A stretch of DNA of 46,267 nt, from NCBI GenBank assembly GCA_049791715.1, contig JBARAE010000879.1, positions 1-46,267 of the forward strand. Reading direction: 5' to 3'. A program made the translations under genes and the position numbers. Position 1 is the first letter of the stretch, and every line of letters begins with the position of its first letter. Under the pieces are notes generated by a model. That model was not told where the DNA came from, did not search any database, and saw only the letters and a program-made list of their open reading frames with translations. The stretch is from Micromonospora sp. (lineage in GTDB: Bacteria > Actinomycetota > Actinomycetes > Mycobacteriales > Micromonosporaceae). Positions 18,352 to 27,615 of this stretch are shown piece after piece.

Positions 18352-19902
18352 CTAGTCGAACGTGAGCGGTTCGCTGCGCCGCGGCATGAGCAGCAGGGCG
18401 CCCACACCGAGCACCGCGGCCACGACCAGCGCGAGGAAGACGTGATGCGTCGCCGTGTACAGCGCGTTCCGGATGTACTCGGCCACCACCGGTTCCGTGG
18501 CATGTCCGCCCACCAGGAGACTGCTGGTGTCCGCGTCGCGGGGCATCCGCCCGGCGACCTCGGCGGGCGGGCTGGCGAACCGGGCGGCCAGGGTGGCGTT
18601 GGCGATCGCACCGAAGATCGCGGCGCCGACGGCGCTGCCCAGCGAGCGGCTGAACATGTTCGTTCCGGTCACCACGCCTCGGCGCTCCCAGCCGACCACC
18701 GACTGCACGGCGACCAGGGTCGGACTGGCGGACAGGCCGAGCCCGACGCCGACGACGAAGGCGGCCCCCGCGGTCGCCCATACCGAGGAGTGCACGGTCA
18801 GCATGGAGATCAGCGCCGCGCCGGCGATGACGAACACGCTGCCGATGAGCGCGGTCTGCCGGAAGCCGATCCTCAGGTAGATGCGCCCGGACAGGGTGGC
18901 CGCGATCGGCCAGCCCACTGTGAGCGCCGCCAGCGCGAACCCGGCCACCAGGGCACTGGTACCGAGCACGCCCTGGGCGTAGGTCGGCAGGTACGAGCTC
19001 AGCCCGATCGTCACGGCGCCGACGACCAGCGCGGCGAGGTTGCCTCCGGCGAGAATCCGCCGGCCGAACACCCACAAGGGCAGCACCGGTTCGGCCGCGC
19101 GACGTTCGACGAGTACGAACGTGATGAGCAGGACAGCGCCCACCACGAAGATCACGAGAGTCTGGATCGAGGCCCAGGGCCAGGCCTCGCCGCCTTCGAG
19201 GAGCCCGAGGATGATCAGCGACAGGCCGCCGGTGAGGAGCGCGGTGCCGGCGTAGTCCACCCGGTGCGTACGGCGGGCCACCCGTTCGGCGAAGTGCCGG
19301 GCCAGCACCCATGCCGCGACCGCCCCGAGTGGCAGGTTGATGAAGAAGATCCACCGCCACGAGAGGTAGTCGGAGAAGACCCCGCCGAGGGTGGGGCCGA
19401 GCACCGAGGCGATTCCCCACACACTCGCCAGATATCCCTGCACCCGGGCGCGTTCCTCGACGGTGTAGAGGTCACCGACCATCGTCATGCTGATGGGCTG
19501 GACGGCGCCCGCACCGATGCCCTGCAGGGCGCGCGCGATGATCAGTACGGGCATGCTCCAGGCGACCCCGCACAGGACCGAGCCGAGCAGGAACATCGCG
19601 ATACCGAAGAACATCACGGGCTTGCGGCCCAGCGAGTCGGCGAACGTGCCGTAGAGCGGCACGGTCACCGCCTGCGCGAGCAGGTAGATCGAGAACAGCC
19701 AGGGGAACTGGGAGAAGCCGCCCAGGTCGCGCACAACGGCCGGTACCGCGGTCGCGATGATGGTGGAGTCGAGGGCGACCAGGCCGGTGCTGAGCATGAT
19801 CGCGGCGAGGACCGGCCCACGCTCCGACCGGAAGCCGACCCCGGTTCGGGTGCCGCCTTTCGGCGTGCTCGCCTGGGTGCCGGTTGCCGGTGTGGTCGCC
19901 AT
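18352..19902 (-). CDS. MFS drug efflux transporter (DHA2-like, 14 TMS)
   Basis: LDSTIIATAVP, DSLGRK, ARALQGIG, LGPTLGG and WRWIFFINLP motifs. Confidence 0.92.
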   Translation of the reverse strand: MATTPATGTQASTPKGGTRTGVGFRSERGPVLAAIMLSTGLVALDSTIIATAVPAVVRDLGGFSQFPWLFSIYLLAQAVTVPLYGTFADSLGRKPVMFFGIAMFLLGSVLCGVAWSMPVLIIARALQGIGAGAVQPISMTMVGDLYTVEERARVQGYLASVWGIASVLGPTLGGVFSDYLSWRWIFFINLPLGAVAAWVLARHFAERVARRTHRVDYAGTALLTGGLSLIILGLLEGGEAWPWASIQTLVIFVVGAVLLITFVLVERRAAEPVLPLWVFGRRILAGGNLAALVVGAVTIGLSSYLPTYAQGVLGTSALVAGFALAALTVGWPIAATLSGRIYLRIGFRQTALIGSVFVIAGAALISMLTVHSSVWATAGAAFVVGVGLGLSASPTLVAVQSVVGWERRGVVTGTNMFSRSLGSAVGAAIFGAIANATLAARFASPPAEVAGRMPRDADTSSLLVGGHATEPVVAEYIRNALYTATHHVFLALVVAAVLGVGALLLMPRRSEPLTFD

Positions 19903-20050
19903 GCAGGCCTCTCCTCAGCTGAACGGGGTGGACCCCCGAGACCAACTAGTTGCCTGTGCGAACCATTCCCATGCTCATCCCACCGGCGATGAGAGTCACG
20001 ACACGAGCCGGTGCGAGGGCAGCCGCTCGGCACCTGTCCTGCGCGTTCGC

Positions 20051-20782
20051 TCAGCGGCCAGGCGACGCTGCCGAAATGGTGGACCGCAGCCCTTCGAGGT
20101 AGGTCTCCAGGACTGTGCGGAACACCTCGTTCTCGTCCTCGAGGGCGGTGGCCGTCTGCGTCCGCGCTGTCGCGGGGCGCCGCGCGGGATCGCCGTAGAC
20201 CCGCAGGCCGAGCGCGACGTCCCGCTCCTGTTGCTCGGGGGAGAGGCTGAGCAGGGTCGCGGTGATGCCGACGTGCCCGAGGACGACCTCGGCGAAGGCC
20301 CGGCAGTGACGGGCGGCTGTTTCGGGTTCGAGCCCCGCCTTCGTCAACTCGGCGGTGAGCGTGTCGACGAGCCGCCTCTCGGCCTCGCCGCCGGTGAAGC
20401 GGGCGGCGGACTGGGCCCCGAGCGCCGGACGGGCGAGGTAGGCCCGCCGGATGGACCAGGCGGCGCTGCGCAGAGTGTCCAGCCAGCTCGTGCCGGCCTC
20501 GGTCCCGGCGACCGCGTCGGCCATGAGTTGGTCACCCATGGCCAGCAGGAGCTCGTCCTTGTTGCGGAAGTGCCGGTAGAGCGCGGTGGGGTCGGCGCCG
20601 AGCGCGCGTCCCAGCCGGGTGAGCGTCAGGAAGGTCGTCCCCTCGCTGTCGGCCAGGCGCATGGCCGTCTCCAGGATGACGTCCCGGGAGAGGCTGGCCC
20701 GCTTCCTCCCCGGTGACGGGCGAGCGGGCCCGGACAAGGGGTCCGGGGAGGCTTCCGGCCCGGCATCGGGTTGCTTCGCCAT
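20051..20782 (-). CDS. TetR/AcrR family transcriptional regulator
   Basis: LSRDVILETA...LGADPTALYRHFRNKDELL helix-turn-helix; TetR_C-like C-terminus; start codon uncertain. Confidence 0.9.
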   Translation of the reverse strand: MAKQPDAGPEASPDPLSGPARPSPGRKRASLSRDVILETAMRLADSEGTTFLTLTRLGRALGADPTALYRHFRNKDELLLAMGDQLMADAVAGTEAGTSWLDTLRSAAWSIRRAYLARPALGAQSAARFTGGEAERRLVDTLTAELTKAGLEPETAARHCRAFAEVVLGHVGITATLLSLSPEQQERDVALGLRVYGDPARRPATARTQTATALEDENEVFRTVLETYLEGLRSTISAASPGR

Positions 20783-20889
20783 CGCCACTCCGTCCCCCTC
20801 GTCGTGGTCGCCGTGGTGCCAGCACATCACATCGCCCCGCGCGGGCCCCCTCCCGGGTTCGCGCGGCGGTCGGCCTCACCGAAGCACTC

Positions 20890-20918
20890 TGTCACCGCCA
20901 TTGTCAACGGCGCTGACA
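20890..20918. promoter_or_regulatory. Putative TetR operator
   Basis: Imperfect palindrome TGTCACCGCCATTGTCAACGGCGCTGACA in the divergent intergenic region. Confidence 0.65.
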
Positions 20919-20981
20919 ATCCGATAGATTCCGGCTCCATCGTCTGGCCACGCCCTTTTTCCGCTGCCTCCTGGAGGACCC

Positions 20982-22330
20982 ATGGACCGCCGCCGGCTCA
21001 CCTCCCTGCTGGACCGCGAGCGCGACAGCTATGTGCGGCGCAACCCGCGGTCGGCCGCGGCGTACGCGCAGGCGGAGCACCTGTTCGGCCGGGTGCCGAT
21101 GACGTGGATGAACAAGCAGGCCGCCGGTTTCCCGCTGTACCTGGACTCCGCCCGCGGTAGTCACGTGGTGGACCTCGACGGCCATGACTACGTCGACCTG
21201 TGCCTGGGCGACACCGGCGCGATGGCGGGACACAGTCCGGCCGCGGTGACGGAGGCGGTGACCCGGCGACTCGGCACGCTCGGTGGCGCGACGGCGATGA
21301 TGCCGACCGAGGACGCCGAGTGGGTCGGCGCCGAGCTGACCCGCCGGTTCGGTCTGCCCAGGTGGAGCTTCTCGCTGACCGCCACCGACGCCAACCGGTG
21401 GGCGATCCGGCTGGCGCGCGCCGTCACCGGCCGGCCGAAGATCCTCGTCAACAGCTACTGCTACCACGGCAGCGTGGACGAGTCGCTGATCGTGGTGGGG
21501 GAGGACGGCGAGGGCGCCAGCCGGCCGGGCAACGTGGGCGCACCGTGCGACGTGACGCTGACCAGTCGGGTGGCGGAGTTCAACGACGTCGAGGGCCTGG
21601 AGCGGCAACTCGCCCACGGCGACGTCGCCGCCGTCCTCATGGAGCCGGCGCTGACCAACATCGGCATCGTGCTGCCCGAGCCGGGCTACCTGGAGGCCGT
21701 GCGTCGGCTGACCCGCCAGCACGGCACCCTGCTGATCAACGACGAGACGCACACCTTCTCCGCCGGTGCGGGTGGCTGCACGAGCGCCTGGGACCTGACC
21801 CCGGACATCCTCACCATCGGCAAGGCCATCGGCGGCGGCGTACCCATCGGCGCGTACGGCCTCTCCGCGGAGCTGGCCGACGCGATCCTCGGCCGCGACG
21901 ACCTCGACCTGGTCGACATGGGCGGGGTAGGGGGGACCCTGGCCGGCAACGCCCTGTCGGTCGCCGCCGCGCGAGCCACCCTCGAACACGTGCTGACCGA
22001 CGCCGCGTTCGCCCAGATGACGGCACTCGCGACCCGGTTCACCGACGCGGTCACGAAGGTCATCAAGGCGCACGACCTGCCGTGGTCGATCAGCCAGCTT
22101 GGCGCCCGGGCCGAGTACCGGTTCGTCCGCCCGGCGCCTCGCGACGGCACCTCGTCGGCGCGGGCGGCCGACGCGGACCTGGAGGACTACCTGCACCTGT
22201 ACCTGGCCAACCGGGGGTGCTGCTCACGCCGTTCCACAACATGGCGTTGATGTCGCCCGCGACGACCGCCGCGGACGTGGACCACCACTCCCAGGTGTTC
22301 GCCGCGGCCGTCGCGGAACTCCTCGCGTGA
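20982..22330 (+). pseudogene. Class-III PLP aminotransferase (GSA-aminomutase-like), frameshifted near the 3' end (or sequencing error)
   Basis: DLDGHDYVD, MEPALTN, LINDETHT, TIGKAIGGG and GGTLAGN motifs; C-terminus GVLLTPFHNM...ELLA* lies in another frame after the G5 run at 22213-22217. Confidence 0.8.
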
Positions 22331-23106
22331 GCGGCGCGCAGCCCCTGGCGGGACAGGTCGCGCTCATCACCGGCAGCGGGAGCAGCAGTGGTATCGGCTT
22401 CGCCTGCGCGCGGCGGCTCGGGCGCCTCGGCGCGCGCGTGGCGCTGACGTCGACCACCGACCGGGTGCACCGCCGAGCCGCCGAGCTCGAGGCCGAAGGT
22501 ATCTCCGCCACCGGCCACGTCGCCGACCTCACCGACCCCGCCCAGGCGGCGGCGCTGGTCGGGGCGGCGGCCGCCGCTCACGGCCCCGTGACGATCCTGG
22601 TGAACAACGCCGGGATGACCTCCGTCAGTAGCCCGGAGGGCCTGGTCGCCACCACCGCGATGAGCGACGAGCAGTGGGCGCGCGGCCTGCACCGCAACGT
22701 CTCCACCGCCTTCTACGTGACCCGCGCCGCCCTCCCGGGAATGCGCGACGCCGGGTACGGGCGGATCGTGAACGTCGCGTCCACCTCCGGCCCGGTGTCG
22801 GCGTACCCGAACGACGCGGCGTACCACGCGGCCAAGGCGGCGATGGTCGGGCTCACCCGCGCCCTGGCGATCGAGACGGCGTCGCGTGGCGTCACCGTCA
22901 ACGCGGTGGCCCCGGGCTGGATCGCCACCGGTTCGGCCACGGAGCAGGAGCTGGCCGCGGGCCGGCGAACGCCCGTCGGCCGGTCCGGTACTCCGGAGGA
23001 GATTGCGGCCGTGGTCGCGTTCCTGGCCGCACCGGACGCCAGCTATGTCACCGGCCAGCTGATCATCGTCGACGGCGGCAACTCGATCGCCGAGGACCAC
23101 ACCTGA
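22327..23106 (+). CDS. Short-chain dehydrogenase/reductase (FabG-like)
   Basis: ITGSGSSSGIG, LVNNAG, YHAAKA, VNAVAPGWI; GTGA overlap with the aminotransferase stop. Confidence 0.92.
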   Translation: MSGAQPLAGQVALITGSGSSSGIGFACARRLGRLGARVALTSTTDRVHRRAAELEAEGISATGHVADLTDPAQAAALVGAAAAAHGPVTILVNNAGMTSVSSPEGLVATTAMSDEQWARGLHRNVSTAFYVTRAALPGMRDAGYGRIVNVASTSGPVSAYPNDAAYHAAKAAMVGLTRALAIETASRGVTVNAVAPGWIATGSATEQELAAGRRTPVGRSGTPEEIAAVVAFLAAPDASYVTGQLIIVDGGNSIAEDHT

Positions 23107-23167
23107 CGGGCCGCCGGGCCGGCCGAGTCATCGGTGGCTGAGGCGGACCGGGCGTAGGGTGGCGGGC

Positions 23168-24238
23168 GTGGATCAAGAAGACCGCATCGCCCTGTTCCTC
23201 GACTACGAGAATCTCGCGCTGGGGGCGCGCGACCACCTCGGCGGCATGGGCTTCGACTTCCGCCCCGTCGCCGATGCCCTCGCCGAGCGGGGCCGGGTGG
23301 TCGTGCGGCGCGCGTACGCCGACTGGTCCTACTTCGACGAGGACCGTCGGATGCTCACCCGCTCGCACGTCGAACTCATCGAGATACCGCAGCGCATGGG
23401 CGCCTCCCGCAAGAACGCCGCCGACATCAAGATGGCGGTCGACGCGGTGGAGCTGGCCTTCGAGCGCGAGTACATCTCCACGTTCGTGATCTGCACCGGC
23501 GACAGCGACTTCACTCCGCTGGTGCACAAGCTTCGCGAGCTCAACAAGCGCGTCATCGGCGTCGGTGTCGAGAAGTCCACGTCCGCGCTGCTCCCGCCGG
23601 CGTGCGACGAGTTTCTGTACTACGACCGCCTGGAGGGACTCGACCTCGCCCCGACGCGCGCCCGACGTGGCCGCCCCGCCCGGCTGCCCGCGCCGGAGCC
23701 GCAGCAGGTGGAGCAGGAGCCGCAACCCGAGGTCGAGGAACAGGTACGCGACGTCGACACGCTGGCGGTGCTCGTCGCCCAGACCGTGGCCGGCCTGCAG
23801 GGCAGCTCCAGCGGCGAGGTGACCGCTTCCACTCTGAAGCGCACGCTGCTGCGGAAGGATCCCACCTTCAGCGAGTCGGACTACGGGTTCCGCGCCTTCG
23901 GCGAACTCCTGCGGCACCTCGCCGGGCACAACGTGATCGAGCTGGCCGAGGGACCCGCCAAGGGTGACCCCGAGGTGTCCCTGCCCGAACACGGCGACCG
24001 GGAAGTCGCGTTCGGACTCCTGCGCAGCGTGGTCGCGGAGCTGGCCGGCGACCACGGCGAGGCGCCCCTGTCCGGCCTGAAGAACCAGCTTCGGCGGGTG
24101 CGGCCGGACTTCAGCGAGAAGAAGCTCGGTTACCGCAGCTTCCTTCAGTTCTGCAAGGCAGCCGCCACCAGCGGCGTGGTGCACCTGCAGTGGAGTCCCG
24201 ACGCCGACGACTACCTGGTGACCACGCGGTCCTCCTGA
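23168..24238 (+). CDS. NYN (LabA/PIN-like) ribonuclease with two OST-HTH/LOTUS domains
   Basis: LFLDYEN, AYADW, KNAADIKMAVDA, TGDSDFTPL; two LOTUS motifs DPTFSESDYGFRAF and RPDFSEKKLGYRSF. Confidence 0.9.
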   Translation: MDQEDRIALFLDYENLALGARDHLGGMGFDFRPVADALAERGRVVVRRAYADWSYFDEDRRMLTRSHVELIEIPQRMGASRKNAADIKMAVDAVELAFEREYISTFVICTGDSDFTPLVHKLRELNKRVIGVGVEKSTSALLPPACDEFLYYDRLEGLDLAPTRARRGRPARLPAPEPQQVEQEPQPEVEEQVRDVDTLAVLVAQTVAGLQGSSSGEVTASTLKRTLLRKDPTFSESDYGFRAFGELLRHLAGHNVIELAEGPAKGDPEVSLPEHGDREVAFGLLRSVVAELAGDHGEAPLSGLKNQLRRVRPDFSEKKLGYRSFLQFCKAAATSGVVHLQWSPDADDYLVTTRSS

Positions 24239-24277
24239 ACGGCCGTCGGGTGTCCTGTTCACGGTGAGGTGAAGGGC

Positions 24278-24478
24278 TCACTCCTCATCCTGTTTCTCCA
24301 TCCCGCCGGTGGCCCCGTAGTGCCATCCGTCGTCGGTGCGGCGTTCCCGGCGGTACTCCACGTACCAGGTGCCGTCGGGCGCTGAGTGGGTGAATTCCAC
24401 GAGTTCGTCAGGCCTGTCCAGCTGCTGGGTCGTGCCGTCGAGCGGCCCGCCGTGCAGATGTACCACCGTGCCGTTCAT
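24278..24478 (-). CDS. Small hypothetical protein (66 aa)
   Basis: LHGGPLDG motif common in small actinobacterial proteins; GGGTAG element upstream. Confidence 0.65.
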   Translation of the reverse strand: MNGTVVHLHGGPLDGTTQQLDRPDELVEFTHSAPDGTWYVEYRRERRTDDGWHYGATGGMEKQDEE

Positions 24479-24648
24479 GTCCTGCGGCTACCCACGTCGG
24501 CTCCGGCCATGCGGACCTCGCGTCAACGTGGCTGCCGTGTTTCCGGTCGCTTTGGCGGCTCGGGTGTCCGCGTCCGAGTTGATCCGGGGCCTCCCGGGGT
24601 AAGCGCGCGCTCGACAACGAGTCGCAGCGGCACGCTGAGGAGATCCCG

Positions 24649-24981
24649 ATGACCGTCACCCTTCCCGACGTGGTCGCCCGCTACTACCGGGTGATCGGCG
24701 AGAACGACATCGACGCCTTCGTCTCCTGCTTCACCGACGACGCGATCGTCGCCGACGGGGACCGGACGTACGACGGCCCGGCGGCGATCCGAGCCTGGCG
24801 CGAGCGGACCATGGCCGACCACGACTACAAGGCCGTGCCGGAGTCGGTGGAGGAGGAGGCCGGCGGGAACTTCGTGGTGACCACCCTCGTCTCGGGCGCC
24901 TTTCCGGGCAGCCCGGTCCGGCTGCGCCACCGCTTCACCATGCGGGACGGCCTGATCGGCGCCCTGGACATCCGACCGTAG
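24649..24981 (+). CDS. SnoaL-like / NTF2 family protein
   Basis: LPDVVARYY, FTDDAIV, GPAAIRAW, GAFPGSPVRL; GAGGAG RBS. Confidence 0.88.
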   Translation: MTVTLPDVVARYYRVIGENDIDAFVSCFTDDAIVADGDRTYDGPAAIRAWRERTMADHDYKAVPESVEEEAGGNFVVTTLVSGAFPGSPVRLRHRFTMRDGLIGALDIRP

Positions 24982-25026
24982 GAACGTGGCCGGCCAGCGA
25001 CTCGGCGTGGACTGCTCTCGTGGTCG

Positions 25027-25770
25027 CTACAGCCGGTGCCGGACCCAGACGTTGGGCTCGACGTAGGCGGCGTGGTCGTGCGCCACGTCGCAGAGCACCG
25101 GCACGAGCGCCCCCGGCACCTGCACCGGTCCGCTGGTGTCGAACGGCAAGCCGGTCCAGCGGCGCCAGTCGGCGAGCGTCCCGGTGATGGTCATCGACCG
25201 CGGGGCGACGCGTTCGATGCGGCCGCCGGCGCGGACGTGTACCCGCAGCCAGGGGTCGACCGGCAGGCCGTCCGCGCGGACCCGCGTCACGTACTCGGTC
25301 ATCGGCAGGTCGGGCGCGGTGTGCTTGCCACTCGGGCGGACCGGCGCGACGAGCGTGTCGTAACCCCGCTTCGCGACCGCCTCGCGCATGGCGGTGAGCA
25401 TCAGCGTGGACAGGCCGCTCCCGCGCCGGTCGGGTCGGATGCAGATCTCGATCGCGGAGACGATGGTGGGGGTGGCGCCGGTGAGGCGGGTGATCGCCGC
25501 CCGCTGGATCACGCGATCCCAGCCGCCGTCCGGCAGCTCCGGCTCCGTCCACCGCAACGGCACGGCGTACGCCCGGGCGACGGCGCGTCCCGGCTCACGG
25601 GAGTCGACGGCGGCGAACACGAACTCCGGATACAGGTCGTGGGCGACGTTGTAGTACACGCCGCCCATCGGGTCCCAGAGCATGAACTGCGGCCACGCCC
25701 CGTCGAAGTCCTCGTCGAGGAGGGGCGCCAGGTCGGGGCGGTCCGCCAGGCTCACGATGTCGAGGGTCAC
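25027..25770 (-). CDS. GNAT-like N-acetyltransferase
   Basis: RRGSGLS acetyl-CoA loop; LVAPVRP, DPWLRVH and YVEPNVW motifs. Confidence 0.8.
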   Translation of the reverse strand: MTLDIVSLADRPDLAPLLDEDFDGAWPQFMLWDPMGGVYYNVAHDLYPEFVFAAVDSREPGRAVARAYAVPLRWTEPELPDGGWDRVIQRAAITRLTGATPTIVSAIEICIRPDRRGSGLSTLMLTAMREAVAKRGYDTLVAPVRPSGKHTAPDLPMTEYVTRVRADGLPVDPWLRVHVRAGGRIERVAPRSMTITGTLADWRRWTGLPFDTSGPVQVPGALVPVLCDVAHDHAAYVEPNVWVRHRL

Positions 25771-25960
25771 GGCGGGAACCTAGAGCGCCGAGCCACGAGG
25801 CGCACGTCAATTTCGAGGCCCGGCCCGCCGCCGGGGCGGAGATCCTGTCCGGTCGCCGGGTCGGATCCAGCGGACGGTCACCTGGTTTACCTGTGCTGAT
25901 TCCGGTCAGTCGTCAGCCGGGCACCATCAGGTCGGTCTGAGACGGTGAGGTGAGCCGGTC

Positions 25961-27493
25961 GTGAGCCTCTTGCGCCGGAAGTCGGTCGAGCAGTCGATCC
26001 GCGACACGGAACAGCCGGAGCACCGGCTCCGCAAGGATCTGACCGGCCTGGATCTCACCGTGTTCGGCATCGGGGTCATCATCGGCACCGGCATCTTCGT
26101 GCTGACTGGGGTGGCCGCGAACCAGACCGCCGGGCCGGCGGTCGCGCTCTCCTTCGTCGTGGCCGGTGTCGCCTGCGCGCTGGCAGCGCTGTGCTATGCC
26201 GAGTTCGCATCCACCGTGCCGGTCGCCGGCAGCGCCTACACCTTTTCGTACGCGGCGCTCGGCGAGCTGATCGCGTGGATCATCGGTTGGGACCTCATCC
26301 TGGAGTTCGTCCTCGCCGGCGCGACGGTGGCGGTGGGCTGGTCGCAGTACTTCGCGGTGCTCCTGGAGACCCTCGGAGTGACGCTGCCGCCCGCCATCAG
26401 CGGAGGCGAGGGTGGAGTGTTCAACCTGCCCGCCACGCTGATCGTGCTGATCCTCACCGCGGTCCTGGTCGCCGGCATCAAGATCTCGTCGCGGCTGAAC
26501 GCCGTGGTGGTCACCATCAAGGTGGCGGTGGTCCTCTTCGTGATCGTCGCCGGGCTGTTCTTCGTCAAACGCGGCAACTACACGCCGTTCGTCCCCCCGG
26601 CCGAGCCGGCGTCAGGCGGTGCCGGCGCTGACGCGACCCTGCTGGAGGCCGTCTTCGGGCAGGCACCGGCCAACTTCGGGATCAGCGGCATCTTCGCTGC
26701 GGGTGCGTTGGTGTTCTTCGCGTTCATCGGCTTCGACATCGTGGCCACCGCAGCGGAAGAGACCCGGGTGCCCCAGCGCGACGTGCCGCGCGGGATCCTC
26801 GCGTCGCTGGCGATCTGCACCGCGCTGTACGTCGCCGTCTCGCTGGTGGTGGTGGGCATGCAGAACTACACCGAGCTGGACACGAAGGCGCCGCTGGCCT
26901 CGGCGTTCCGGGATGTCGGGCAGCCGTTCATCGCCAACCTGATCACGGTCGGCGCCCTCGCCGGGCTGACCACCGTGGTCATGATCCTGATGCTCGGACA
27001 GAGCCGGGTCGCGTTCGCCATGAGCCGTGACGGGCTGCTGCCGCGCTGGTTGAGCCGGGTGCATCCGCGGTTCGGCACCCCGCACCGGATCACCGTCATC
27101 GTGGGCGTCGTGGTGGCCCTGCTCGCCGGGTTCATCCCGCTGGAGGAGCTCGCTGAGCTCGTCAACATCGGCACCCTGTTCGCGTTCGCCCTCGTCGCGA
27201 CGGCGGTCATCCTGTTGCGCCGGACCAGACCAGACCTGCCACGCGGCTTCCGCGTCCCGGGGGGGCCGGTGATACCGGTGCTCGCGGTGGTTGCCTGCGT
27301 CGTACTGATGCTGTTCCTCACCGTTCAGACCTGGGTGCGGTTCGTCGTCTGGATGGTGCTGGGGTTGATCGTCTACTTCCTCTACGGCCGGCGCCACAGC
27401 CGCCTCGCCGAGGGCGGGCAGGCACCCCCACCGGTACCGGATCAGCCGGATCTGGACACTGGATTCGGCGCATCGTCGCCACCGCCGCACTGA
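25961..27493 (+). CDS. Amino acid permease (APC family, cationic amino acid transporter-like)
   Basis: IIGTGIF, CYAEFAS, GSAYTFSY, FFAFIGFD, NIGTL motifs. Confidence 0.93.
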   Translation: MSLLRRKSVEQSIRDTEQPEHRLRKDLTGLDLTVFGIGVIIGTGIFVLTGVAANQTAGPAVALSFVVAGVACALAALCYAEFASTVPVAGSAYTFSYAALGELIAWIIGWDLILEFVLAGATVAVGWSQYFAVLLETLGVTLPPAISGGEGGVFNLPATLIVLILTAVLVAGIKISSRLNAVVVTIKVAVVLFVIVAGLFFVKRGNYTPFVPPAEPASGGAGADATLLEAVFGQAPANFGISGIFAAGALVFFAFIGFDIVATAAEETRVPQRDVPRGILASLAICTALYVAVSLVVVGMQNYTELDTKAPLASAFRDVGQPFIANLITVGALAGLTTVVMILMLGQSRVAFAMSRDGLLPRWLSRVHPRFGTPHRITVIVGVVVALLAGFIPLEELAELVNIGTLFAFALVATAVILLRRTRPDLPRGFRVPGGPVIPVLAVVACVVLMLFLTVQTWVRFVVWMVLGLIVYFLYGRRHSRLAEGGQAPPPVPDQPDLDTGFGASSPPPH

Positions 27494-27615
27494 ATGACGG
27501 TGCACCCATCGCAGGACCGCGCCGGGACGTCCCCGCTTGTGCAGCGGTCATCCGGGCAGTCTTTTGGGCCGTGGGCCCCATCGATTTGCGGGCCCGTGCG
27601 GGGGAGAATTCGCAT

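Noticed and set aside
18275..19420. 573-aa fusion ORF extending DinB upstream
   Set aside because: The extension is an off-frame overlap of the MFS gene; DinB similarity begins at GTG 18274
20982..22330. Calling the aminotransferase hemL
   Set aside because: No tetrapyrrole genes nearby, TetR/SDR context and a divergent N-terminus
23107..23167. NYN gene as third member of the aminotransferase-SDR operon
   Set aside because: It has its own TAGGGT -10 element 7 nt before the start and no functional link
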